From a candidate division LCP-89 bacterium B3_LCP (lineage in GTDB: Bacteria > Electryoneota > B3-LCP), in NCBI GenBank assembly GCA_005223185.1, contig NJBN01000001.1, positions 441,365 to 505,364 on the forward strand: a stretch of 64,000 nt of DNA, in the 5' to 3' direction. The notes beneath the pieces were generated by a model. The model was not told the DNA's origin, did no database searches, and was given only the letters and a program-made list of their open reading frames with translations. Positions 1 to 8,586 of this stretch are shown one piece after another (position 1 is the stretch's first letter; each line of letters begins with the position of its first letter). A program made the position numbers and the translations under genes.

Positions 1-1559
1 ATGAACAAATCCCCTGGTTAAATGTGAGTCCCGGATACGGCGGACCTGTACCTCCTACTTCAATTGAAACTGTTTCTGCGGATGTGTCTGGATTGGCTAT
101 AGGATCCTATGAAGATGAATTTTACATCATAACAGACTATATCCCAAGTGAACCTGATACTATTCACGTGATTTTGAATGTTACTGATTATGTTCCAATA
201 TCCGGTGCGCTTTGCGGTATTCTTGGAGGCGCAACAACATACGTTGTACGAAATGACATTTCCGTAGAACCCGAAGATTCTCTTTGGATAGAACCCGGAG
301 CATGTTTTATGTTCGATGGAAATTATAATTTCAATATCAATGGGTATTTGCAGGCAGTCGGAGTTGAAGAAGATAGCATTATATTTATGCCCTATGAGGA
401 AATAGAAGCTAATTTCTCTATAATATTTCACGACAGTTCAAATGATATTAGTTATTTAGAGTATTGTACCATTACCGGAAGTGATACTTGTGGACTGTCA
501 ATAAACAGTTCAAATCCGAATATTATGAACTGCACGATATCCGCTAATTCAAGTGGAGGTGTCAGATGCGTGCAAGCCTCACCAAATATCATCGAGTGTA
601 ACATCTTTGGGAATTGCCATGAAGGTGCTTTTGGGGATGGTGGAGGTATGTTAATTGAGGACGGGTCGAGCCCCTATATCAGTTATTGCAATATTGCAAG
701 TAACAGTGCTGAGGGCAAAGGTGGAGGACTGGCAATCAAGGATTTTTCAACTGCGCTGATTGAACATTGTACTGTAGTATATAACTTGTCAAACGCTCTT
801 GGTGGTGGGATATATCTTGAAGATAATTCCAACGCGATATTCAACAATTGTACTGTTAGCGATAACAACGCATTGATGAATGGTGGTGGGATATATATCT
901 GGGATTCTGATCCAACAGTAAAAAGTGCTATTATATCGAGAAATATAAATAAGGGAATCTATTTCAACAGCACCGCGAGTGGAACCCTTATGTATAACGA
1001 TTTTTTCGACAATGAAGGTGGAAATATAACAGGTAATGTTCCCCCCGATATAGGCATCCTCACCACCACAAACATCAACGGCGATTCCTGCGATATCTTC
1101 TACAACATCTTCGAAGATCCACTTTTCGTCGATCCTACAGGCGGGAATTTTAATCTTCAGCAAGGTTCACCCTGCATTGATGCCGGCGATCCGGATAGCC
1201 CACTTGATCCCGACAGCACTATTGCAGATATAGGCGCGTTCTACTTCGATCAATCTGGAACGGGAATTGCCAAGGTAGATGAGCAGATCTTACCAGAGAC
1301 TTTCTCCCTCTCACCCCCCTTCCCCAACCCCTTCAATCCTCAAACCACTATCCGCTTCGGGCTGCCGGTAGCATCGCAGGTTAATCTGACCATCTACAAT
1401 CTGGCAGGTAGAAAAGTAGCAACAATCGTTGATGGCTTCCGGGTTGCAGGCTACCACGAGGTCATTTTCAACGCCACACAACTGTCTTCCGGTCTCTACT
1501 TCTACCGCATCCAGGCTGGCAATTTCACCGATGTGAAGAAGATGATACTGGTGAAGTGA
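1..1559 (+). CDS. Secreted T9SS cargo protein with parallel beta-helix-like repeats; 5' end truncated by window edge
   Basis: Frame is open from position 3 with no in-frame stop before the GTG at 24, and there is no signal peptide, so the gene starts upstream of the window. Gly/Asn/Cys-rich repeated units (NCTISANSSGG, GGGLAIKDFS, GGGIYLEDNS, GGGIYIWDSD). C-terminal Por_Secre_tail-like domain (FPNPFNPQTTIRFGLP…YFYRIQAGNF…KMILVK). Confidence 0.6.
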   Translation, partial: EQIPWLNVSPGYGGPVPPTSIETVSADVSGLAIGSYEDEFYIITDYIPSEPDTIHVILNVTDYVPISGALCGILGGATTYVVRNDISVEPEDSLWIEPGACFMFDGNYNFNINGYLQAVGVEEDSIIFMPYEEIEANFSIIFHDSSNDISYLEYCTITGSDTCGLSINSSNPNIMNCTISANSSGGVRCVQASPNIIECNIFGNCHEGAFGDGGGMLIEDGSSPYISYCNIASNSAEGKGGGLAIKDFSTALIEHCTVVYNLSNALGGGIYLEDNSNAIFNNCTVSDNNALMNGGGIYIWDSDPTVKSAIISRNINKGIYFNSTASGTLMYNDFFDNEGGNITGNVPPDIGILTTTNINGDSCDIFYNIFEDPLFVDPTGGNFNLQQGSPCIDAGDPDSPLDPDSTIADIGAFYFDQSGTGIAKVDEQILPETFSLSPPFPNPFNPQTTIRFGLPVASQVNLTIYNLAGRKVATIVDGFRVAGYHEVIFNATQLSSGLYFYRIQAGNFTDVKKMILVK

Positions 1560-1568
1560 GTTACAAAT

Positions 1569-1619
1569 GTAAGGGCAGGTTTTCGCGTAGCGGCGGCTTT
1601 GCCGCAAACCTGCCCCTAC
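1569..1619. repeat. Palindromic element gtaagggcaggttt…aaacctgcccctac directly after the stop of the first cargo gene
   Basis: 14-nt inverted termini (13/14 complementary) around an inner gcggc…gccgc hairpin. Same terminal sequence family as the in-frame elements at 31587 and 53483. Confidence 0.7.
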
Positions 1620-1767
1620 ACTATCCCAGTAGGGCAGGGAGCCTGTCCTGCTCTGGCGGGACGCTTCCCCCGCCTTTTTACTATCCGGTCCCGCCCATGC
1701 GGGATCGTTTTTTTCAGCCTATCTAAAAAAGAGGAAACCTTGCATGCGAGCCCAAGAAGATATTCTC

Positions 1768-1796
1768 TTGACTTGAACTGTTTGAAGCATTATATT
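1768..1796 (+). promoter_or_regulatory. Sigma-70-like promoter TTGACT-N17-TATATT
   Basis: ttgact at 1768-1773, 17-nt spacer, tatatt at 1791-1796. The ORF-track start at 1795 lies inside the -10 box, so the signal-peptide ATG at 1927 is preferred. Confidence 0.5.
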
Positions 1797-1926
1797 GTGG
1801 TCGCGGATATTCAAATGGATATGTCTGCAGGAATTGAATTGGGGTGCAATCAAATTCATCTCATGGGGGGATGGAGCATGGCTGCGCCTTTTATTATCTC
1901 ACCGAAACCGCTTAAGCACAATCGAA

Positions 1927-4110
1927 ATGCCCTCAATACTTGCACGATTGGTTTTATTACTCATGATTGGCTTATTAGCCATCTTCAGTTGTATAGCCAG
2001 CGAATCCATCGCTCAGTCCAACCGAGAAGGTAAGGTATCTTCAGCTCCGCGTCAGATATATGCTGATGATAGCTGGCATTTCACCAGCGAAGGGAATCTG
2101 GGTTTAACTGTAACCAACTTCGGTGTGTTCGGCCGCACGTTTGATGAATCTTATTCTTTACTTAATCAACCTTCGTGCGTTTACAAGCTGAATTCGAGCC
2201 TGCCGAAAGAACAGGTTGAACATTTTTCTTACGGAGGTATATGGATTGGAGGAGTACGAGGCGGTATCACTCACGTGAGCACCGGGATCACCGATGGTTC
2301 CTTCTCAGCGGGCGAACCCGGGTTGGAATTTACTAATACAGCATCCGAAGCTGACAGCGTGCAGACCCGTTCAAGTATATTGACTTCCCCTCTGTTCGAT
2401 CCTTCAGCCATTTCTCACCAGGATCTTATTTGCGATTACAGCGATACCAACACCGTGCTCCCCGGGACTTTAATACCGATCCCCCAACATGTTCCCTTAG
2501 GGATTGGCGTGCATCAGGAGGTTTACTGCTGGAACTATTCCTACGCAGATGCTTTTGCCATATTGTCTTTTACCATCACTAATCTCACCAATGAACCGAT
2601 AGAGGATCTCCATGTGGCGATTTGGCTGGATGCTTCAGTCGGTAATATGAACTACACTAATTACGAACCCGGCGGGGGTCCTGGAGGTCGCTGGAATTGG
2701 TACGATAACCTGAATAATTTCGTACAGAATGACGAGCAGAAGATCGCTATCTCCTATGACGAAGACAGCGATGACGGCTGGGCTGAGAGCTATTTGGGTG
2801 TGACCGTACTTGGCGGTGAATCCAAGGCGGATTCGTTCGACGTCTATTTCCACCAATGGCCCTGGAATACCTCTTCATCTATGTCGTATCCTCTATGGAT
2901 CATGCCGATCGACGATGAAGAACGTTACACCAAAATGGCAACGCACGGGGAATACGATCAGATTCCAGGTTATGATAATCAGGGGAATCCCACCAATCCC
3001 GGAGAAGTCACCGAGAGTTGGATGCTTTTTCTGTCGTGTGGGCCCTTTGAAACCATCCAGCCGGGTGAATCTGTCGAGGCAATTTTCTCGATTGTGTGCG
3101 GCCGCTGGTCTGGCAATTACCCGGACGACGTTCCCGCCCGGCGCACTGATCTCCTGTTGAATGCCGAATGGGCGCAGACCATTTACAACGGTGAAGACGT
3201 CAACGGTAATGGAATCCTAGACCCGGATGAAGACTTAAACGGCAACGGAATTTTAGACCATTATCTCTTCCCCAAACCGCCACCATCTCCCAGGTTGGAA
3301 GTGGTTCCCGGCGATGGTCAAGTAACTTTATACTGGGATAACAGCGCTGAAGCCGCTGTCGATTCGCTTACAGGGAAGATGGATTTTGAGGGATATAGAG
3401 TATATTCATCACCTAAGACACTCGACTTGGGAGAAGAATATAGTTTACTGGCTCAGTTCGACATTGATTACGACTTAGACCCATTCGATGACGATAGCAC
3501 GTTGGTAGGATTCAATACCGGTTTTTCCGCCATTGAATTGGAAGACTCCGTGTTGATCAACGGCGATTATTACCACTATTCCTTCACCGACAACGGAGTC
3601 TTAAACGGCTGGCCCTCCGCGGCTGGAGGGCTATACTATGCGGTTACAGCTTACGATAGAGGCAATCCTCAGAACAACCTGCCCAGCCTGGAATCGTCAC
3701 CCCTGGAAAACCGCATCTACACCTATCCGGGCACGACGCCTACGGACGATTCAAGGGTGGGTGTCTATCCTAACCCCTACCGCGTTTCTGCCTCCTGGGA
3801 TGGACCCGGTCCTACCCAGAGGATGATATGGTTCCAGTACCTCCCGGCACGAGCGGAGATCCGCATCTTCACCTTGGCTGGCGACCTTGTGGATACCATC
3901 GATCACGATGCGGCGACTTACGATGGTGGAGACGTCGCGCGTATCGGCGGCAGCACTTATGGATCCCAGACCGCTTTTTCCGGCGGCGAACACGCCTGGG
4001 ATCTCTTAAATTCCAACAATCAGGAAATAGCTACGGGACTCTACCTGTACACCGTGGAAAATATGGATTCCGGCAGCATCAAAACCGGCACTTTCATGGT
4101 GATAAAATAA
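1927..4110 (+). CDS. Secreted T9SS cargo protein with Ca-binding-like DxNGNGILD repeats
   Basis: Start moved to ATG 1927 (signal peptide MPSILARLVLLLMIGLLAIFSCIASE). Tandem DVNGNGILDPDEDLNGNGILD motif. C-terminal T9SS-like tail (GVYPNPYRVSASWDG…GLYLYTVEN…GTFMVIK). Confidence 0.6.
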   Translation: MPSILARLVLLLMIGLLAIFSCIASESIAQSNREGKVSSAPRQIYADDSWHFTSEGNLGLTVTNFGVFGRTFDESYSLLNQPSCVYKLNSSLPKEQVEHFSYGGIWIGGVRGGITHVSTGITDGSFSAGEPGLEFTNTASEADSVQTRSSILTSPLFDPSAISHQDLICDYSDTNTVLPGTLIPIPQHVPLGIGVHQEVYCWNYSYADAFAILSFTITNLTNEPIEDLHVAIWLDASVGNMNYTNYEPGGGPGGRWNWYDNLNNFVQNDEQKIAISYDEDSDDGWAESYLGVTVLGGESKADSFDVYFHQWPWNTSSSMSYPLWIMPIDDEERYTKMATHGEYDQIPGYDNQGNPTNPGEVTESWMLFLSCGPFETIQPGESVEAIFSIVCGRWSGNYPDDVPARRTDLLLNAEWAQTIYNGEDVNGNGILDPDEDLNGNGILDHYLFPKPPPSPRLEVVPGDGQVTLYWDNSAEAAVDSLTGKMDFEGYRVYSSPKTLDLGEEYSLLAQFDIDYDLDPFDDDSTLVGFNTGFSAIELEDSVLINGDYYHYSFTDNGVLNGWPSAAGGLYYAVTAYDRGNPQNNLPSLESSPLENRIYTYPGTTPTDDSRVGVYPNPYRVSASWDGPGPTQRMIWFQYLPARAEIRIFTLAGDLVDTIDHDAATYDGGDVARIGGSTYGSQTAFSGGEHAWDLLNSNNQEIATGLYLYTVENMDSGSIKTGTFMVIK

Positions 4111-4152
4111 CTAAAAAAAGTGGCAGTTTTAATACAATCAGGAGGTAATAAA

Positions 4153-6723
4153 ATGAAGCGCATAAGTTTAATCCTGGGGTTCAGCCTGTTATTGGCATGG
4201 GCGGGTTTAGCGAGCGCTGAGACAATTTGGGATATACAGTACACCACCGATCCCGGTGGAGCTTCCCCCTTAATCGGGCAGGAAGTAACCATAACAGGAT
4301 TCGTAACCGCTGAAGGATACGCCTTCGGCGGCGCCTACTACTTCGTGCAGGATGACGATCCCCCCTGGGCTGGTATCAGGGTTGACGATTCCGACCGAGC
4401 TGTTGCTCAGAATGATGAAGTACAGGTGACAGGAACTGTCGCGGAAGTTGACGGCATGACCGTAATACAAAATGTCACCTCATTCGCGATCATAAGCATC
4501 GGCAACACCTTGTACGATCCCATGGTGATCAACACTGGATTAATCGCCGATGAGACTCTTGAAGGATGCCTCATGCAGGTGGAGAGCGTAACCGTTACCA
4601 TCCCCGGCGCGGGACTGGAGGATTTCCAGGTGGACGACGGATCTGGTGTATGCTGGATCGGCGATGAGGCTGAATGGTACCACTGGCCCGAGATGGGCGA
4701 AGCTTTCGATTCCATTGCCGGTGTAGTGAACTATGTTGACGCTGAATTCAAACTCGAACCCCGCCTTACACGGGATATTACACTACCGGGACGAGTTCGC
4801 ACACTACAGTGGGTACAGCAAGTGCGCTACAGCGATCTGATGATACTTGAAGACCAATCATATGCCTTGGATGATACAGTAGAAGTTGTAGGGCTAGTCA
4901 CTTGCCCAACTGGTTTGTGCTATGCAGGATCTGGTGTAAAATTCACCTACACAGATGTTCATGGAGGCCCCTGGTCGGGTATTATGTCTTATGATCAAGA
5001 TCCAACCACGTTCCCAACTCTTCTGATAGGAGATTCGGTTAGAGTCATTGGTCGCATCGCTGAATATTTATCACCACCCTCCTATATGACGGAGCTGTTC
5101 ATAACCGAACCCATTGAAATCCCGGCGATGGGCATCGATATCCCGGAAGAGCCATTATTGACTACCGGCGATCTCCGCTGGCCCACTACCGCAGAACAGT
5201 GGGGAACAGTGATGGTGAAAGTGCAGAATGCAGTGGTTATCAACAATACTTACCAATATGGTGAGTGGGGCATCGATGATGGATCAGGTGAAATTCGAGT
5301 TGACGATGATTCCGATTCATTGTCCAATCCCATATACAACTTCGTCAGACCACCTGTAGGTACTATGATATCAGAGGTACGTGGTTGGGTTTACAACCAT
5401 TACGGTAGTTATCTTCCGGATTCGAGTACATACAAAATTGAGCCCTTAGGTGAGAGTTATATCACCATAGGCTCAGGTCCGCCAGATATCCTCAATGTTA
5501 CCCGTGATCCAGCAGTTCCTCAACAGGCTGATCCGGTAAACCTTGTCTGCGAAATCACCGATAATTCCGTAGTTTTAAGTGCAGCGGTGCATTACAGCGT
5601 CAATGGTGGCGCTTACCAGACGGCAGATTTGGCGTTTTCCGGAGGATTCTACTGGGAAGGGGAAATACCCGAAGCGTTCACCGATGATTGGATCGATTTC
5701 TTCATCACCGCCGAAGATGATTCCGGCAATGTGGGGATGGAACCGGTTGACACAACCTTTGAAATGTTCTGCTACCCGGTCACTGCCGGTGACGTTCTCG
5801 CCATCGAGGACGTACAGTACACCCCCTGGCCCTCCGGTAATAGCCCCTTTAATAGCTATGAAGTAACCATTGAGGGCGTGGTCACCGGTGATACCGCTTT
5901 CAATAACAACTGGGAAGCTTACGCACTGCAGGATGCAGACGCCCCATGGTCGGGGATATGCGTATCCTGGATCACGGAGGAGCTCTATCGTGATCAGGGA
6001 GTGCAGATAACGGGAATCGTAACTGAAGCAGATCCGGACTATACATACAAGTGGGGCGGTTTAACCAAGTTGATAGATTGCAGCGATGTACAGGTTATCG
6101 GAAGTGGCGTTGCTACACCACTGGAAGTTACCACCTGGGATCTTTCTGAGGCTAACCCGGAGGTGGAGTCTTATGAAGGCGTTCTGGTCACGGTGAGGAA
6201 CGTTGAGGTAACTTCGGCTAACCCATACGATTGGTCCATCAATGACGGCAGCGGCGACTGCCTGATGGATGATGACGCTAGCAATTTGTATGAAGTTCTC
6301 TTCGGTTTCGTGCAGGCGGGATCCACCTTCGAACGAATTACCGGTGTGTTTGTATACAGCTTCGGTACGTACAAAATTGAACTTCGCGATGAAGGTGACT
6401 TTGAAGGATTCTTGGGCGTTGAGAAGGATAAGCCTGCTTCAGCTTTCGACTTCAGCCTGGAACCGAACTTCCCCAACCCGTTTAATGCTTCGACCACCAT
6501 CAGCTATACGCTGCCGCAGGTACAACCGGTGAAGCTGATAATCTACAACCTGATGGGGCAGCAGGTACGAACTCTGGTCAATGGTGTACAGACTGCTGGA
6601 AAGCATAACACCATATGGAACGGAAATGATAACTTCGGTCAGACAGTATCATCGGGTGTTTACATCTACCGGATAAAAACCGGAGATTTCCTGGAACATC
6701 ATAAAATGGTGCTCCTCAAGTAA
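4153..6723 (+). CDS. Secreted T9SS cargo protein with three or more OB-fold-like repeats of the kind found at the N-terminus of extracellular nucleases
   Basis: RBS aggagg 7 nt before ATG 4153; signal peptide MKRISLILGFSLLLAWAGLASA. Repeated IxDIQY…G..VT..G.VT…Y.QD….GI.V modules. C-terminal Por_Secre_tail (FPNPFNASTTISYTLP…YIYRIKTGDF…KMVLLK). Confidence 0.6.
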   Translation: MKRISLILGFSLLLAWAGLASAETIWDIQYTTDPGGASPLIGQEVTITGFVTAEGYAFGGAYYFVQDDDPPWAGIRVDDSDRAVAQNDEVQVTGTVAEVDGMTVIQNVTSFAIISIGNTLYDPMVINTGLIADETLEGCLMQVESVTVTIPGAGLEDFQVDDGSGVCWIGDEAEWYHWPEMGEAFDSIAGVVNYVDAEFKLEPRLTRDITLPGRVRTLQWVQQVRYSDLMILEDQSYALDDTVEVVGLVTCPTGLCYAGSGVKFTYTDVHGGPWSGIMSYDQDPTTFPTLLIGDSVRVIGRIAEYLSPPSYMTELFITEPIEIPAMGIDIPEEPLLTTGDLRWPTTAEQWGTVMVKVQNAVVINNTYQYGEWGIDDGSGEIRVDDDSDSLSNPIYNFVRPPVGTMISEVRGWVYNHYGSYLPDSSTYKIEPLGESYITIGSGPPDILNVTRDPAVPQQADPVNLVCEITDNSVVLSAAVHYSVNGGAYQTADLAFSGGFYWEGEIPEAFTDDWIDFFITAEDDSGNVGMEPVDTTFEMFCYPVTAGDVLAIEDVQYTPWPSGNSPFNSYEVTIEGVVTGDTAFNNNWEAYALQDADAPWSGICVSWITEELYRDQGVQITGIVTEADPDYTYKWGGLTKLIDCSDVQVIGSGVATPLEVTTWDLSEANPEVESYEGVLVTVRNVEVTSANPYDWSINDGSGDCLMDDDASNLYEVLFGFVQAGSTFERITGVFVYSFGTYKIELRDEGDFEGFLGVEKDKPASAFDFSLEPNFPNPFNASTTISYTLPQVQPVKLIIYNLMGQQVRTLVNGVQTAGKHNTIWNGNDNFGQTVSSGVYIYRIKTGDFLEHHKMVLLK

Positions 6724-6757
6724 AAAAAAGCAGGGGCTGTTCCTAAAATAAAATAAT

Positions 6758-6800
6758 GTCATTGCGAGGAATCCCGCCACTGCGGGATGACGAAGCAATC
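6758..6800. repeat. GTCATT-type palindromic repeat (gtcattgcgagg…gacgaagcaatc)
   Basis: Imperfect palindrome; related copies at 18637, 36581, 37828 (variant), 38125 and 38307. Confidence 0.6.
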
Positions 6801-6825
6801 TCTTAACACACAAAAGGTGACGAGA

Positions 6826-6872
6826 TCCCGTAGTCGAGGTCGCCTGCGCCCATGGTGTCCCTGACCCCGACA
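6826..6872. repeat. Palindromic repeat cccgtagtcgaggtcgcc…gtccctgaccccgacat
   Basis: Related copies at 36688-36718, 37931-37960, 38385-38414 and, reverse-complemented, near 55640. Confidence 0.6.
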
Positions 6873-6900
6873 TAAGAATAAAAATGTCATAACACATTTC

Positions 6901-8553
6901 ATGCGCAATCTCATCGTAACAATCTTACTGCTGCTGATCGTCTTCCTGTCCGGGTGCCAACAGGATCCCATCAATGCGGATGGAACTACTGGTGGCGGAG
7001 GGCAGGCGTCGGGTAACATCCCGCCGACTACCAATCTCTTCCTCTATCCTGATTCCACCGGATTAGATACCACTACTTCTGTATTGGAAGTGCACTGGTG
7101 GGGTCAGGATCCGGATGGCTGGGTGGTCGGATATTACGTACAGTGGGATTATTTCAGCACTAGTACCCTGGTGGATTCTGTCTGGATGACCTCGGAATAT
7201 GCCACCTTTTACTTACCCTTAGATTCAGCTTACGATGAGTTTGCGCTAAATGTGAACGCGGTGGATAACGCCGCTATATGGGACTGGCCCACAGACGGCA
7301 AAGTTGCCGAAGCCGAAGGCAGCGAAGGTGAAGTTACCGCAGGCATTCAGGATTATGTCGAGTACGAAGCGTTTATCGACAATGGATCGGATGCGGACGT
7401 TTACGATTCCGGCGATAGTCTGCTCTGGGCTGGTAACATTGAAGGGATTCAGACTCAGACTGGCACCGATCTGGAGCCGCTCTTCGGTGGTGATTTTTCA
7501 TTACATGGACTGCCACCCACGAACTCCGAGGGTGCCATCGATCCATTGGGAGATTCACTATTGTTTCGCATCAGGAATACCGCGCCGGTGGTGGAATTCC
7601 GCATTGAATCCAATCCCACGTTAACTCCCGGACAAGTTTATGGCACTTTCCCCACCCGCAGTTTCTTCTGGGAGGTAACCGATTTGGACGGCGAACAGAC
7701 CATAGATTCCTGTTTCTATATTCTCGATCCCGCTCCTGGCGATACCAATTGGGTGGGATTGCCAGGTACAGAGACGTCGGTAACACTGACTGATTTAGCC
7801 TACGATTACCATCGCTTCTTCCTGAAGGTGCAGGATATTGCCGGAGCTTACAGCCCGACCATCAGTTTCCCCGATTCCACGGACAGCTTCTGGGAAGTAC
7901 AGGAACCGATGGGTGATATTTTAATTGTGGATGATTATGCTCTTGATACACCTAATCAAGCTCTGAACCTCTATATCTCAATCTTTGATACTCTTTTTGG
8001 TCAGAATGAGTATTCAGTATGGGAAGTGGGGGAGAACCTACCATATTCAATGGGCGATGTTTTAGCAAACCTCAATTATTTCACCGAAGTGTTCTGGTAC
8101 TGTTTCCAGGGTTCTCCGCACTATGGGGAAGCTATGAGTGCCATTGCGAGTTTCCTTGAAAATGATGGTTCAATTCTTATCAGCGCTGCTCAGATCGATA
8201 CTTCTTCTAGTATTATTCCAATTGCAGATTTCGACAATGGCAATGCACGTATTTCATATCCAAATGGTTTATCGGCGATATCAGGAGATTGGCCTGACCT
8301 GATTGTTGAGCAGGGTAATATTTTTTCCTATGAAGTATCAGGATTTGAAGCTACAACCAATGGTGAGATGCTTTATGAATATGGTTCGGGTGTAATCTGG
8401 TTCAATGGTCCGCCACCTTCTTATATGGGGGTTGGTGTGCAGCGTATAGATGATCTGAATTTGGTTTTTATCGGCATGCCCTTGCACCTTCTCAACGGCA
8501 CCGGTACTTTGCCCGAGTTTTTCGACAAAGTATTCAACGAAGAATTTCAATAA
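6901..8553 (+). CDS. Lipoprotein of unknown function
   Basis: N-terminus MRNLIVTILLLLIVFLSGCQQDP has a lipobox (LSGC). No T9SS tail. Confidence 0.55.
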   Translation: MRNLIVTILLLLIVFLSGCQQDPINADGTTGGGGQASGNIPPTTNLFLYPDSTGLDTTTSVLEVHWWGQDPDGWVVGYYVQWDYFSTSTLVDSVWMTSEYATFYLPLDSAYDEFALNVNAVDNAAIWDWPTDGKVAEAEGSEGEVTAGIQDYVEYEAFIDNGSDADVYDSGDSLLWAGNIEGIQTQTGTDLEPLFGGDFSLHGLPPTNSEGAIDPLGDSLLFRIRNTAPVVEFRIESNPTLTPGQVYGTFPTRSFFWEVTDLDGEQTIDSCFYILDPAPGDTNWVGLPGTETSVTLTDLAYDYHRFFLKVQDIAGAYSPTISFPDSTDSFWEVQEPMGDILIVDDYALDTPNQALNLYISIFDTLFGQNEYSVWEVGENLPYSMGDVLANLNYFTEVFWYCFQGSPHYGEAMSAIASFLENDGSILISAAQIDTSSSIIPIADFDNGNARISYPNGLSAISGDWPDLIVEQGNIFSYEVSGFEATTNGEMLYEYGSGVIWFNGPPPSYMGVGVQRIDDLNLVFIGMPLHLLNGTGTLPEFFDKVFNEEFQ

Positions 8554-8586
8554 AAACGCAGGTATTTAAGGAAAACTACCAAAAAA

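Noticed and set aside
1599-2033. 144-aa ORF and the 1795 start of the 771-aa ORF
   Set aside because: Overlaps the palindromic element, terminator-like region and promoter of the downstream cargo gene, whose real start is the signal-peptide ATG at 1927.
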